A stretch of DNA of 64,000 nt from NCBI GenBank assembly GCA_964187785.1, contig OZ076409.1:8062001-8126000 (forward strand). The letters are read 5' to 3'. Position numbers and translations under genes: made by a program. The notes under the pieces are model-generated. The model searched no databases. It saw only the letters and a list, made by a program, of their open reading frames with translations, and had not been told where the DNA came from. Origin of the DNA: Amphiscolops sp. MND2022. Its lineage: Eukaryota. Positions 1 through 11,700 of the stretch are shown here, in pieces; the first letter of the stretch is position 1; each line of letters starts with the position of its first letter.

Positions 1-10
1 TTCAAGGTAA

Positions 11-220
11 CACGGATGATCATGAATGAAAAGCCATGATTCATGGATGATCATGAATGAAAAGCCATGATTCATGGATGATCATGAATGAAAAGCCATA
101 ATTCATGGATGATCATGAATGAAAAGCCATGATTCATGGATGATCATGAATGAAAAGCCATGATTCACGGATGATCATGAATGAAAAGCCATGATTCATG
201 GATGATCATGGATGAAAAGC
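11..220. repeat. 29-bp minisatellite, about 7 copies (CATGGATGATCATGAATGAAAAGCCATGAT-like)
   Basis: Directly visible near-identical tandem units. Confidence 0.95.
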
Positions 221-582
221 GACAGTGTCACTACTGATTATGACGGAAAGTGCTTTACCTTTTGTAATAGTTAGTGATGCTCTAAAACACCACTAAGTTA
301 GATAATTGGTGAACTGAAACTAGCAGTACCTTGTTTAAAAAAGATGATATGTCAATTCTTACCAAACTTTGTTTTTATATAAATAAAACGGTGTAAAATG
401 AATCTAATTCGACAAGTTGGTTTTAAAACACTTTTTAAAGGTTTCATAGACTTTATTTTTGTTGTTTTCCCATATTTTTGCAGTAAAAATTTTGTGAACG
501 AAATTCGTTCCATTCGAACACTCTCGATTAGTTTTATCTCAAATGCATAAATTATCTCAGTCTTGGTAAAAGATTCCGTGGT

Positions 583-900
583 TAACAAGACGCCCGCTAA
601 ACACCAGGATATTTTCCGCCTTGTCAAAAAAAATCAAGCGAAAGCGAGTTTCGAACCCACAACCTACTGATTGATAGTAACTGAAATAGTCAAGTAACAA
701 AAATAGTCAAGTAACTAAAAGATGGAGATCGTGGAGATGATAAAAAAGATGGAGATCGTGGAGATGACAAGTAACTGAAATAGTCAAGTAACTTGAATAG
801 TCAAGTAACATGAAGATGGAGATCGTGGAAATTTATGAAAAAAACGCAACAAAAATTATAATTTTCCTCCCCCATTTTATTTGGGCGGAAAATAACAAAA
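583..900 (-). mobile_element. HINE-like element, family 4 (related inverted partial copy at about 3990-4105)
   Basis: AACAAG end, subterminal inverted repeats TTTTCCGCC/GGCGGAAAA, internal short tandem repeats, a B-box-like GGTTCGAAAC on the minus strand. Confidence 0.5.
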
Positions 901-1033
901 CATGTATCTCTCTGTCTGGGTTTATCTTAACTTTAATGGTTTGATCATCATTGCCGTGAAGAACACGAAGAAGACATTATTTATATGGGTTATTTCGTAC
1001 TAAATGTCCAAAGATGATACAGTATTATATACC

Positions 1034-1442
1034 AACGAGCCGAAAACAATAATGGGTTAGCGCCTCACGTAAGGCTCAAAAAGAGCAAAAGACTTCAAAC
1101 CCTCAAGTTTTCTCCTTCACAGTACCCGAAAAACAAAAAAGGGAAGGGAACTCGCGCGCAAAAGGGGTGACCCTTCGGAATTGTTAGAACATTTTAGACA
1201 CAATAAAAAGATTTCAAAAAAAATTGAATCACAGTGTCGAATGTGTCGAATAATAGTCGAAAGGTGGCCTTCAGTCTCGTGTCTCGTCCGGTATTGTATG
1301 TTGCAAAAAAAGAACTATTAAAGTTCAGTTCCTATGCCCTTTAAAACTTCGTAGAACATGGAAGCACTGTTTTGGTCAGTTCATATGGGCTGACAGAAAA
1401 GTCACTTTTATAGCCGTGTTTCACTTCATGGAGTACCGAAGA
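1034..1442 (-). mobile_element. HINE family 1, degenerate copy
   Basis: Shares TAAGGCTCAAA and GTTTCACTTCATG segments with the other copies. Confidence 0.6.
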
Positions 1443-1887
1443 AAGACGGGAAAAATTTAAAAAAACTCGTTTCATCCGAGCTTTGAAACCTTCGTTTCGT
1501 TTTGTTCAGATCTTGAAGAATTAATGCTGGAGCCCAGGGAAACAACAAAGAAGCCACAATCTAGATTTTAATTGCAGAGTGGAATCTTAATTTCTTTGTG
1601 ACAACAAAAGCGACAGAAATGATTTCATGCTATTCTCCTGAACAATCGAACAAGGCTCCCTTGAGATGTCCTCTCATAGTATTTTTGATTTGCATGAATT
1701 ACACATTTTTACCTCACTGTAAAAACGCAATCTTAGTTTAACTTCATGGTGTTAGTATCGCATAAAATAAATTTTGAACCATCAAAAATTTTGAACTTTC
1801 TCGAAAGGAACCGTGAACTGGAAGCTTATTTGACACCGTGAAAATCAAATGAACTTTCACTCAGGCATCATTCCAGGATTGTACTAA

Positions 1888-2137
1888 TCCCTGCTAAATC
1901 TTGTACGATGACTTTTTCCTGCAAACTCTTCCAAGTTTAAGGTCTTCCTTGCAAGATTCTTGCAAGGTCAATGTTTCTCTTGCAAGATTCTTGCAAGTTC
2001 AATGTCTTTCTTGCAAGTTTCTTGCAAAACGTCTTGCAAGATTTGTTTCGCATTGTTCTTGCAATTGCATTGTTTCGCCAGGTCTTGCAAGACGTCTTGC
2101 AAGTTTTTTGCAAGGTTTGTATTTTGTAACTCTAGGG
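1888..2137. mobile_element. CCC...GGG MITE with CTTGCAAG subrepeats (EnSpm/CACTA-like)
   Basis: CCCT...AGGG termini and many palindromic TCTTGCAAGA motifs. Confidence 0.5.
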
Positions 2138-2599
2138 TTGTTCACTTGACATCTGATTCCAAAGCACTTTTAGTTTGGTGGCAGGTGATTGGCTGTGGCT
2201 GAAAATTTGGAACGAAAGCCGAGACGATTCATTTAACGTCTGATATGCTTCACTCAACGCGGAAACGGTGCATTCATCATCTTCGGTATAGACAAGTATT
2301 CTTTTTTCAGTGACTTAATCGCTCGTACTACCGTCTCATTGCTGGTATGTAACCGTAGAGTAGTAGATATTCACAATACTTTTCACAACAGAACTCATTG
2401 TACGCAATTGGAAAAAGGCCCCATTTTCACCGAGCGTACTGGTTCTGGCAATCAATGTAGAGTGTTGCATGGTTCCAGGAAAAAAGTCACTTTGCTTGAT
2501 TGAGTCACACTACTAACAGATTTTTATGTCCTGTTGTCGTAGGTTATTCAGCCGAGGTACGTTTTCGGGAAAAATTATCTTTGTATTTCTTGTCCTGGC

Positions 2600-2880
2600 T
2601 CTGTTTTTTTTCCGTTTCACCAAACTGTGTTTTTGGTAATTAACGTCCTATTTTCCGACCCGGCGATATGTGAGCTTAACATCACTCCATCTATTTTGTT
2701 ATCTTTCGACATCTCTGGCCAAATAGATTTCGATTTTCGTTGTTCGGTTTTTGGGTTATATGCATTTTCTGTTTGAAATACAAAAACTCTCCAAATGATG
2801 AAACTAATTGACTTGTGGAAGTGAGTCAAACTCTCTAACCTCTGCGCGAGCTCCGCAGTAATTTGTATTTCAGCTTTCTT
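2600..2880 (-). pseudogene. Decayed Gypsy RNase H fragment
   Basis: HIAGSEN and preceding residues resemble the RNase H C-terminus (YTAGKN) of the intact element at 20400. Confidence 0.5.
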
Positions 2881-2929
2881 CAATTAAAATTCTCTTTATT
2901 CAATATCGGGAACGGAACATACCGTAGCC

Positions 2930-3800
2930 ACAAATAAAAATAAAATAGTACATAGAAGATTGATCTCCAATCCATTACCCTTTCAGCAAACAGTTGCCGC
3001 ACCAACAAAGTGAAGAAACATCCGCCAGAATTACGACCAACCATCCTTCTCAAAAACCCTGGATATGGAAAATAGTGGCGGGAACTCATGTATATACGCA
3101 AGGAAAGTGACGCCCCAACCCATAAGTCACGAAAGAAGCGAGCACTGGTTAAAAAAAAGATCAACCAAGAGACAACAAGGGACAGTTTACGTCACCAGAC
3201 ACGAATGCAGAAAAGGAAGTGGAGCTAAACCTGAGCATTGTATCAGACGAGGAATTCGACTGCTACAACAAATCCGATGGCAAACCGGACAACACCAACG
3301 TTGATGACGACTTACAACTGCTCCCAAAAGAAAACAAACTAACCCCGACCAAGGTATAGAACCGTCAAAATCGGTAAGAAGATCAAATAGACTACCTTTG
3401 GCAAAACAAACCGAAAAGCTAGGCGGAGTACCATACCAATAATAACAAACAGAAACTAACTAATAACGGTAATCTATTACAGAAAAAGACACCAACATTA
3501 ATGGAGGAGAGTAACGACGAGAACCACCGCACAGTACGGCAAGAAAAAGAAATCCGTATAATACAGTCATATAGAAACTTTGAACGAAACTCTACCGGAC
3601 AAATCCGGAGAGGGGAATGTGACATACATAGACCCGACCTTGAACCTTTTTAATACGGACAACAGACAGAGAGACACTTGGTGCTATTGACCAACAAAAC
3701 TCTAATTGCTGTCTGTTTATGTTGCTTAGATTTGTTACCATTTAGTATACTTTTGATACGTATGTGAGATTGAGATTGACGATAATTGTTTTAAACACTT
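2930..3800 (+). mobile_element. Decayed Gypsy 3' end with PPT and LTR
   Basis: PPT GGAGAGGGGAA followed by TGTGAC at 3618; same arrangement as 58537-58556; right LTR boundary uncertain. Confidence 0.6.
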
Positions 3801-4189
3801 TTAAACACAACGATTTTGTAGAACCAAATAGTTCGAGATTACAACAGGATTCAGGATTTCTAACCGTAAAAAATACCGCTAACTGACACGAAGCAGTTTT
3901 AATCTTCAACATTGTTATTTTCGGCCTCCATAATTTTTTTTGTAGGAGTAGGAAAATTATAATCTGTGTTGCGTTTTTTTAAACCAAATTCTGCCAAATC
4001 TCTACAATCTCCATCCACTTCACTTGACTATTTTAGTTACTTGACTATTTCAGTTACTATTGCTCAGTTGAAGGCGGAAAATATCCCGGCGCTTAGCGGG
4101 CAACCTTTTCTGAAAATCCGTTATAAAACATTCTTTCATATTCTTTCTTTACGTCAATTTGTAGATAGAATGATAATGGTCACCTGTCT

Positions 4190-4520
4190 TGTTCAACTCA
4201 AAACTCAGAAGTGTCTGTTTTTGTTTTGTGTTGATTACGGCGTCTTTGACTTCAAAGTTATTTTTGAATACGTCTTTCAAACGTGCAACACTTTCAACGA
4301 ATGCTCTGTCAATTCGCTTCCATTGATGGTTTTTTCGTTTCCAGATAAACTCTGAGTTTCGAGGCGTTTTTTTCTGCGTGCCAACGTAATCATTGTCGTT
4401 CTTGTTTTCTTGGTAACATCGTTTTGAATCTAATTTTTCGAAAGTCTTGTTTTTGTTCAGTTTTGTGGGTTCAATGCCCCCGAGTATCATTGGAATTCCT
4501 CAATTGTTTCGAATTGTACT
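4190..4520 (-). pseudogene. Decayed Gypsy protease/pre-RT fragment
   Basis: LKDVFKNNFEVKDAVIN resembles [17 protein letters not shown] in the intact element. Confidence 0.45.
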
Positions 4521-4590
4521 GTTCATGGTGTTTGTTTTAACATATTACAATATGTTTCCGCGAGTACCTATTTTTGTGTATTACAAACAC

Positions 4591-5082
4591 AACAATCCGG
4601 GAACGAACCAAGGCGGCGTCATATCTAAGGCTCAAAAGGACTTCAAAGTGTCAAGTATTCTCTTTTACAGTACCCGAAAAAACGAAAGTTGAAAAGAATT
4701 GGCGCGCTAAAAGGGGGACGACACCTTTTGGGATCCTTCAACAGCCTTTCTATTGCAAAATATTTAAAAAATTGAAGGGGTTCCTTCGAAGACTAAAAGT
4801 TTTCCGAAAAAAGTCTCACAGTGCCAAAAAAATTGAACGAGGGGACTCTTTGAACTTTTTCAACATCCAGTCTCTCGCAAAATACCGAAAATTGAAAAGG
4901 GTATTGTATGTTACGCCGAAAAAGAGGATTGACCTTTTTGGTTCAGTTCCCTGAGCCAAATGCTTCAATTTGACACCATAAAACTTCGTAGAAATTTGTA
5001 GAACTATTTTGGTCAGTTCTTGTGGATTGAAAAAAAGAGTCACTAGAATAGTCGCGTTTCACTTCACGAAGCTCCGACTAAA
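4591..5082 (-). mobile_element. HINE family 1 copy
   Basis: AACAA-hairpin end and GCTCCGACTAA end. Confidence 0.7.
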
Positions 5083-5655
5083 CCTGAAGTTTTGTTTTCA
5101 GTTCTCAGAAATCCACCGAGTTTAGAACTTCGGTCCTTTGATAGTAACGGTAAGCGTCATAGTCCATGAGATTTCAATGATGCTTTCCAATTGCAACATC
5201 ACTCGGAAAGTGACAAAGTTTCGTCAATAACTTGACTAGTTCTCACTGTTTCGAAATTTTTCAATTTTTTGAAAGTCGAAAGATACACATGGCGTCAAAA
5301 TTAACAATGTTCTGAATTTTTTGTTGGTGCTTCAAGTAAATCTGATTTTCTTTTTATCAAATAAGTAAATGATTTGTGCACAATTTTTATTTCAGCAAAA
5401 GAACTCGTTCAAACATTTTTTTCCGATTACGACTTCTAATTTTGTCATTTTGTCAGTTGAATTGTCCGAACAATTTTTCGAATGAAAATTTGCTCAGCAA
5501 ATCGTCAAATTTTAAAATGTATTGTATTTTAAATACAGAACGAGCAATTGGATAAAATCATGATTAAACTCAATGGATGCAATGAAAAAAAAACAGAGAG
5601 AAGTTGGTTGTGGATTTGAGAAATTCCAGCATTTTCCAGCATTCTATCTGGACCA

Positions 5656-5751
5656 TCAATTGGGGGATGTCGTTATATTGGCTTCCTTCTCCATAAGTTT
5701 GGTCAAAAGAGCTTCGTGGGTCAAGTTTTGTCTTGTGATCATACCCACAAT
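5656..5751 (-). CDS. CLCN6: CLCN6-like last coding exon ([16 protein letters not shown]...TTSPN*)
   Basis: ttctag| acceptor, TGA at 5658-5656; completes CBS2 (VGxITRxNL). Confidence 0.92.
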   Translation of the reverse strand: MVGMITRQNLTHEALLTKLMEKEANITTSPN

Positions 5752-8700
5752 CTAGAATAAACAGGAAAACATCATGCTGGGAAAGCGATAGGAAGTATTG
5801 TTTAATTGGTGTAAAGTACAGTACTGTGATTAAGAAATCGTCGCCCTATGCGCTGAGCGTCGTTATCAACCAATAAGAATTGCTTATTTGCTCTCACTTT
5901 CAATTCTGATTGGCGCATCAAGTGAAATCTCATGCGCAGAAAGAACACTTCTGCTATTTTCCCAGTTTTAGGAAGGTTTTTGAATTTTTTTCAAGAAATT
6001 TTGAATTCATCAAATTGTGCAGATTGTATAGAATTCAATGATACATTTTTTGTTTCAAAAACATTCTAAATGAAAAAATAATCGGTTTTTCGCCGCGAAA
6101 CGTCCATTTCCTATCTCATTACATGGAAATCGATGAAATTTTACCTTTCGAGTATGATATTTCGAAAACGGTTGATAATTTTTGAAATCAAAAAATATCC
6201 ATAGATTCAGTAGATTTGTGCGAGTTATTTGAGCTTAAAACTTGCCAAAAAACATGTGGATAACCTGGTCAAAACTTGGAAATACGGAAAAAGTCCCAAA
6301 TTTGCTCAAAATTAGCTATATGTAACTTTCTCAATTTTTGTCTCAGAAAAATTTTAAAAACACTAATATAAACTAGATAAAATTCTAAGAAACTTTTATT
6401 TCTGATGTTTTTCAAAATTCTCATCAGATTTCGTAAAAATTGAGCCTGAAATCGCCTCGCGGGACGTTTCCTTAATCACAGTACTGTAGTCAAACTTTCC
6501 CCGGTTTTAATGAATAAGTTTTCTAATTACTCAACATCTGACTTCTAGTCAAAGGTTGACTAGTTTAAGATTTATACATGTTCGGAATTGAACAAATTTT
6601 AGGTAAAAATTCTTGACTGGTTTCCGATTTTCTCTAATCACGCTCAATGATCTAAATCCGCAGTTTCTCATTGCACTGTGCATCAAAATGCGCGATGAAC
6701 ACACTGCATTATTTGACTAGAATACGGTTAGTTCTCGGTTTGCGGAAAAAAACACTTTACACTTGATGATAAAATCCATTTTTGCGGCATACGTTGTAAT
6801 GATATGTAAAAGGAAAAGTCAGTTGTGAATTATGACAAATCAATACACCGTATTTTCAAGATTGCTGTGAAGGTTCGAATGAATGAAAATAGAAAGTTTC
6901 ACAAATTATTTAAGGTCGAATAAAAATTAGATCTAGGATCGAAATAGGTGAACACCACACTAATAATGCTATAAAATCGAGAGGGAAGCTACTGAGGGCG
7001 ACGTGCCACTACTTGAAGAGCGGCAAGTTTTCACGGAGGACACCCGAGAGGCTCCCGGAAAGAGAAAGGCCGTTTCACAGAACAAAGTATGAAGTTCTAA
7101 ATTGATTTCAAGACGATCATTTTCGATGCAGTATGATTTGATATCGAACTCCACTGTGAAAAATCTGTTTCAGATTTAAATAGAAATTAGCCTCTGCGAG
7201 TTTTCAGAAACTTTTTTTCATATCTTTCATTATCCCAAATTTCCAAATATGAGAGACCATTCGGAGTAAAAAGTTACCATCAGGTTAAGAAATGGCTTTA
7301 TCCAGGCTCGAAGTCGCAACCTTCTGCCCATAAGCCTCGTGCTGTAAAAACTGTGTCAACTCGCTTGCGTTATGACGTATTGCGCTTGTATTGCATATTC
7401 AACCATTTAGGGATTGAAAAAAAAACTGACGAAAAACCACTAAAACCGGCTTCATTTTGATTCCTTTGTACCGCCCACAAATAAGCAAGAAATGTTTCAA
7501 TTTCATCGAACCTTGCTTTTATAAACCAACAAGCCGGGAACGTCTAAAGTGGGCACCATATCTAAGGCTCAATAAGCGCAGTTTTTGAAATATGCGTAGA
7601 ACGTTTTCATGAAAAACTCCTGTTTTCGAACCTCCGCCTCCTTCCTACTGAAACGCAATATAGTTCGAATATAACGTCAAACGTTCGGATATAGCGCTTT
7701 ACTCCGGATATTAGGAGAGGGTACTTCAATAAAATTTAAGGAGCGCTTTAAAAAAAACTTCGAAAAAGTCTTACAGCGCCGAAAAAAAATTGAATGAAGG
7801 GACCCTTTAATCTCATCCGGTTTTGTATGTTACGTTTAAAAAGTAACCAGAGCCGCATATGCAGTAAAGAAATCGGTGAACAAACTGAACAACAATTTCG
7901 TCGCTTCGAGTCTGTCTTAAAAAAACGAGTGACTGTAATAGTCGGGCTCTTTTATTAATAAGAGCGCCGACTAAATATGAGAAAAAAAACAAGAAAACTG
8001 TATGATGTGGTCTCAATTTTGCCTAACTTTTTCCGCAATAGTTTTTGAGGACCTATTTTTCAAATTCAAAAGTAAGAACTTATTCATTCACATTTCTGCT
8101 GGAGTTGTGTAATGTTTGGCTAGAAAAAACATTGGAATATTTGCGATTCAATTAAAATGGGGTATCCTAAAACTGAACTCTAATTGGTGTTATAATTTTT
8201 CCTCTCAAAATTCAACATTTTTTTTGCTGTTTTCCACGTAAAATATAATTCACCTACTTTATATAGTTTCCACGCTAACTTTTTATGCGTTAAAGTTTTG
8301 CCTGTTACCATAGAGACTAATACAGTGTTTTTTTTCGGCGTGGCAAGTAATCGTTTCTCTTACCTCTCCCACATTGTTGACGACCGGTAGGTGTCTCAAG
8401 CCCATAGTTCTGAACAGGTTGAACACTTTGGGTGCCAGAAGGTGAGGCGAGACCGTGTACGGACTGTCGTTCATATACGGCGTCAGATCCTGGAAACATA
8501 CCCCGGCTCTTTTCTGTTTTCCCCCACCGCCAAAATTTTTGAGAGTGAATTTTGTAAAATGTCAGAGTAGCCTAATTAAAAGTATAACCTTCTTTCATAA
8601 CATGAAGTTAACGTCTATTAGAATAGATTTTTATACGAACAAAACATTTTTCACACACTTTGAATGTAATTATGATCGAAATAATTTTTTGCGACCCAAA

Positions 8701-11700
8701 ACAGGAAGCCGCTGATTTCTTTATTGAGAATGCGTGACTTCATGAACAAAATAGTGCGAACAAAGTTTGTATCTCAATTCTAAACTGTCACCCTGCCCTG
8801 AAAATAAATTTAGAATTGAAGGTTTCTGCATTGTCTTCAAGTCTTTTTGTTGTAAGATTTCCACCTAATTTCCCAGAAAAATTGGTGGTGAAAAATTGGG
8901 GAAAACAGAAAAGAACCCATGGCCCAGTAGGAACAAACTGATGATAATGATAGAATGAAAGGTCGGACTAAGTAGCTACTCAACAAGCAAATTCTTCCTT
9001 CACAGTAATAAAACGGTGACATCTATGAGATCTTTGATTGAAAAAGTTTAACCAAACCAGAGCCGCATATGCGGTAAAGGAGTCGGCTAAGGTCTTTTTC
9101 TTTCTGACTCGCTCCAATCCCAGTTATACGAATTTATTGGAATTGCACACATAGGACCATACTATGGTGTAGAAAATGACTGTAAAAATTTTCCTTCGAA
9201 TCGTGTGAAGTTTTAGCAAAAGTCAAAAAAAGTCGAAAAATGGCTATTTTTTGGCCATTTTTGGGTTAATTTAGTCTATGTTTCTCACATCCCAGCCATA
9301 TGATTTTGATGCCATCGAACATATAAGACTCTAATATGGTGTAGAATAACTGTAGAAAATTTCGTTCGAATCGTATGGACAGTTTTTGAGAAATTTGAAA
9401 TTTTCATGAAAAGGTCGGGAGAAAAAAAACAAAAATAATAGTCGGGCTCTTTTCTTAAGAAAAGCGCCGACTAACAAGACGAGAACGCCTCAAGTCGGCG
9501 CTATATCTAAGGCTCAAAAAGCGCAAAACATTTTTTTTGGAAAAAAACTTGAAATTTTCGAAAAAAAAATTTCTTTCGGTAAATGTCGCACAGTGCCGAA
9601 AAATGTAAAAGGGGGACCCTTTTTGATTTATAAACACGCATTCTGTAGCAAAATAACAAAAAACTCAAAGGGGGGACCCTTTGGGGACATTAAAAAAATT
9701 CGAAAAAAATCTCACAGCGCCGAAAAAAAATCGAAAGGGGGGGGGGTACGAAACTTTAGTCCCGTCCGGGCTTGTATGTAACGTTGAAAAAGTAAATGAA
9801 TGCGCTCCCCGTTTGCCTTTAGCGGTCCAGTAGTTTAGTACTTATTTAGTAGTTGAACGTTAATTTTAACGTTCGTCGCTTCGAGTCTGTCTTAAATAAA
9901 AAAAAAGAAAAAAAACGAGTGACTGTAATAGTCGGGCTCTTTTCTTAAGAAAAGCGCCGACTAAAAACAGCGCGATTGCATAAGTAGTCGAAAATTTTTT
10001 CCGACTCCTAAAAAACCGAACATAATTTTAGGATGAGGGTAAAAAGAAGAACTTACGATGATGTCCCAAGGATCCATCGAACTCATGTCAACATCTCGGA
10101 TGTCTGGGAATCTCGGGTAATCTTCGTTCAGCTCCCAGTAGTCAATTTCTCTTTGACTGAGTGCCTTAAAAAAGCTACATTGATATTTTGTTTCAGAACA
10201 TACTTTATAACTACGATTTGCAGGGGTAATTCAGTCGTAGTCAAATTGTATACGATCTAAAATGATTTTTGAACCTCGAAGTCAAGAACTACCGAAATGT
10301 CGAAATATTGGATAACTCGAAGTTCACCTCATTGGTTTATAATAAGGGGTGACCCTCTTGTCGTTTTTTGCTCACATTAACCACAGGAGCATCTAACGTC
10401 TGGAATCTACTTGTTGATGACATATGGGAAGGAAAAAATAGAGTTTTGCGATCATAAAAATTCTTTTTAGAGTTTTTCGTTATTGTCCGACTTATTGACG
10501 AATTTTTCATTTTTTTCATGTTCTGTGTTAGGTAAAACAGTTTTTTGAATTCTAATTGTGTCTTCTCTGGTTGAGCTTCGCTGCTTCGGTTTCTTTGATG
10601 ATATCAGTGCAAACCAGAGCCGCATGTTGGGTAAAAGAGTCGCAAACCGAATAAAATAATGACAGACAACTTCCGTAATTTATTGTCATTTGGTCAGTTT
10701 GAACTAATTTTGACTATCTTTCTCAAATCCCATTCATACGACTTTGAAGTCATTGCGCACGTAGGGGCACTTTTCGGCGTAGAAACACTGTGTTAAATTT
10801 TACAAAAGTAGTTTTGACAGGTTTTGAGAAAACACATTTTTGAGCATAAAGGCTTACAATTTTTGAAGAATTTCAGCTCTGTAAGTAGAAATCTTACGAA
10901 AAAAATTATCGTTTTTAAGATAACTTCAATCTGAAAGAATTTTTTATTTAACCTGAAAGTTGTAATAGAAAAAACAACAAGGCCACTGCACTTCTTTCTA
11001 CAGTAGTGATTCTAGAAGAAGCAACATAGCACGCGGAAAGAAAGCAAATATACGAATATCATTGGCTCATCAAGGTCTCACGCGCTCATTTCATTGGTCG
11101 AGAGCGATTTCCAAAACATCATTTTTTAGTTTTTTGAATTTTGGACCCACTTATAATTTTTCGATTTCAAAATATATTTGACAGAAAATTTCCCCCAAAC
11201 ATTTCGTGTCTGACAGTATATTTTTTCTCGAAAGTATTCTAAATTGTATCAGTATGAGCTTGTCTTAAGTTGATAAAGTTCAAAATCATATCTTAATACA
11301 TGTCTTTTTGAAAAAGTCTAATTTTACAGCGTATTTTTTCCACCAATTCAGGATGATTTCTAAATCAAAACATATCAAGGGCTTCAGTTGAATCAGGGGA
11401 GTCGATTGCACATCAAATTTCTCTAAAATGTCAAGCAAACGTTGACTAAAAGTGAGAAAAACCTCAAATTTGACCTAAATTTGGTTAATATTGGCTTATC
11501 CTAACTTCTACAGTTTTCATCGCATAACCTTCAAATGAACATATTTGTAAACTAGATAAAAATTTAAGAAACTTTCGCTTTTATCATTTTTCAAAAATCG
11601 CTGCTGTTTTAGAGATATTCGATTTTGAGGTTTGCCTTTTGTTGCTTTTAGAAATATCACTACTGTACATCTTTTCTACTTATACGTTCTACGAAAAACA

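Noticed and set aside
11..220. 29-bp repeat as a CRISPR or telomeric repeat
   Set aside because: Head-to-tail units with no spacers; an ordinary minisatellite
635..690. tRNA gene
   Set aside because: Only a B-box/T-arm-like stretch inside a repeat; no full cloverleaf
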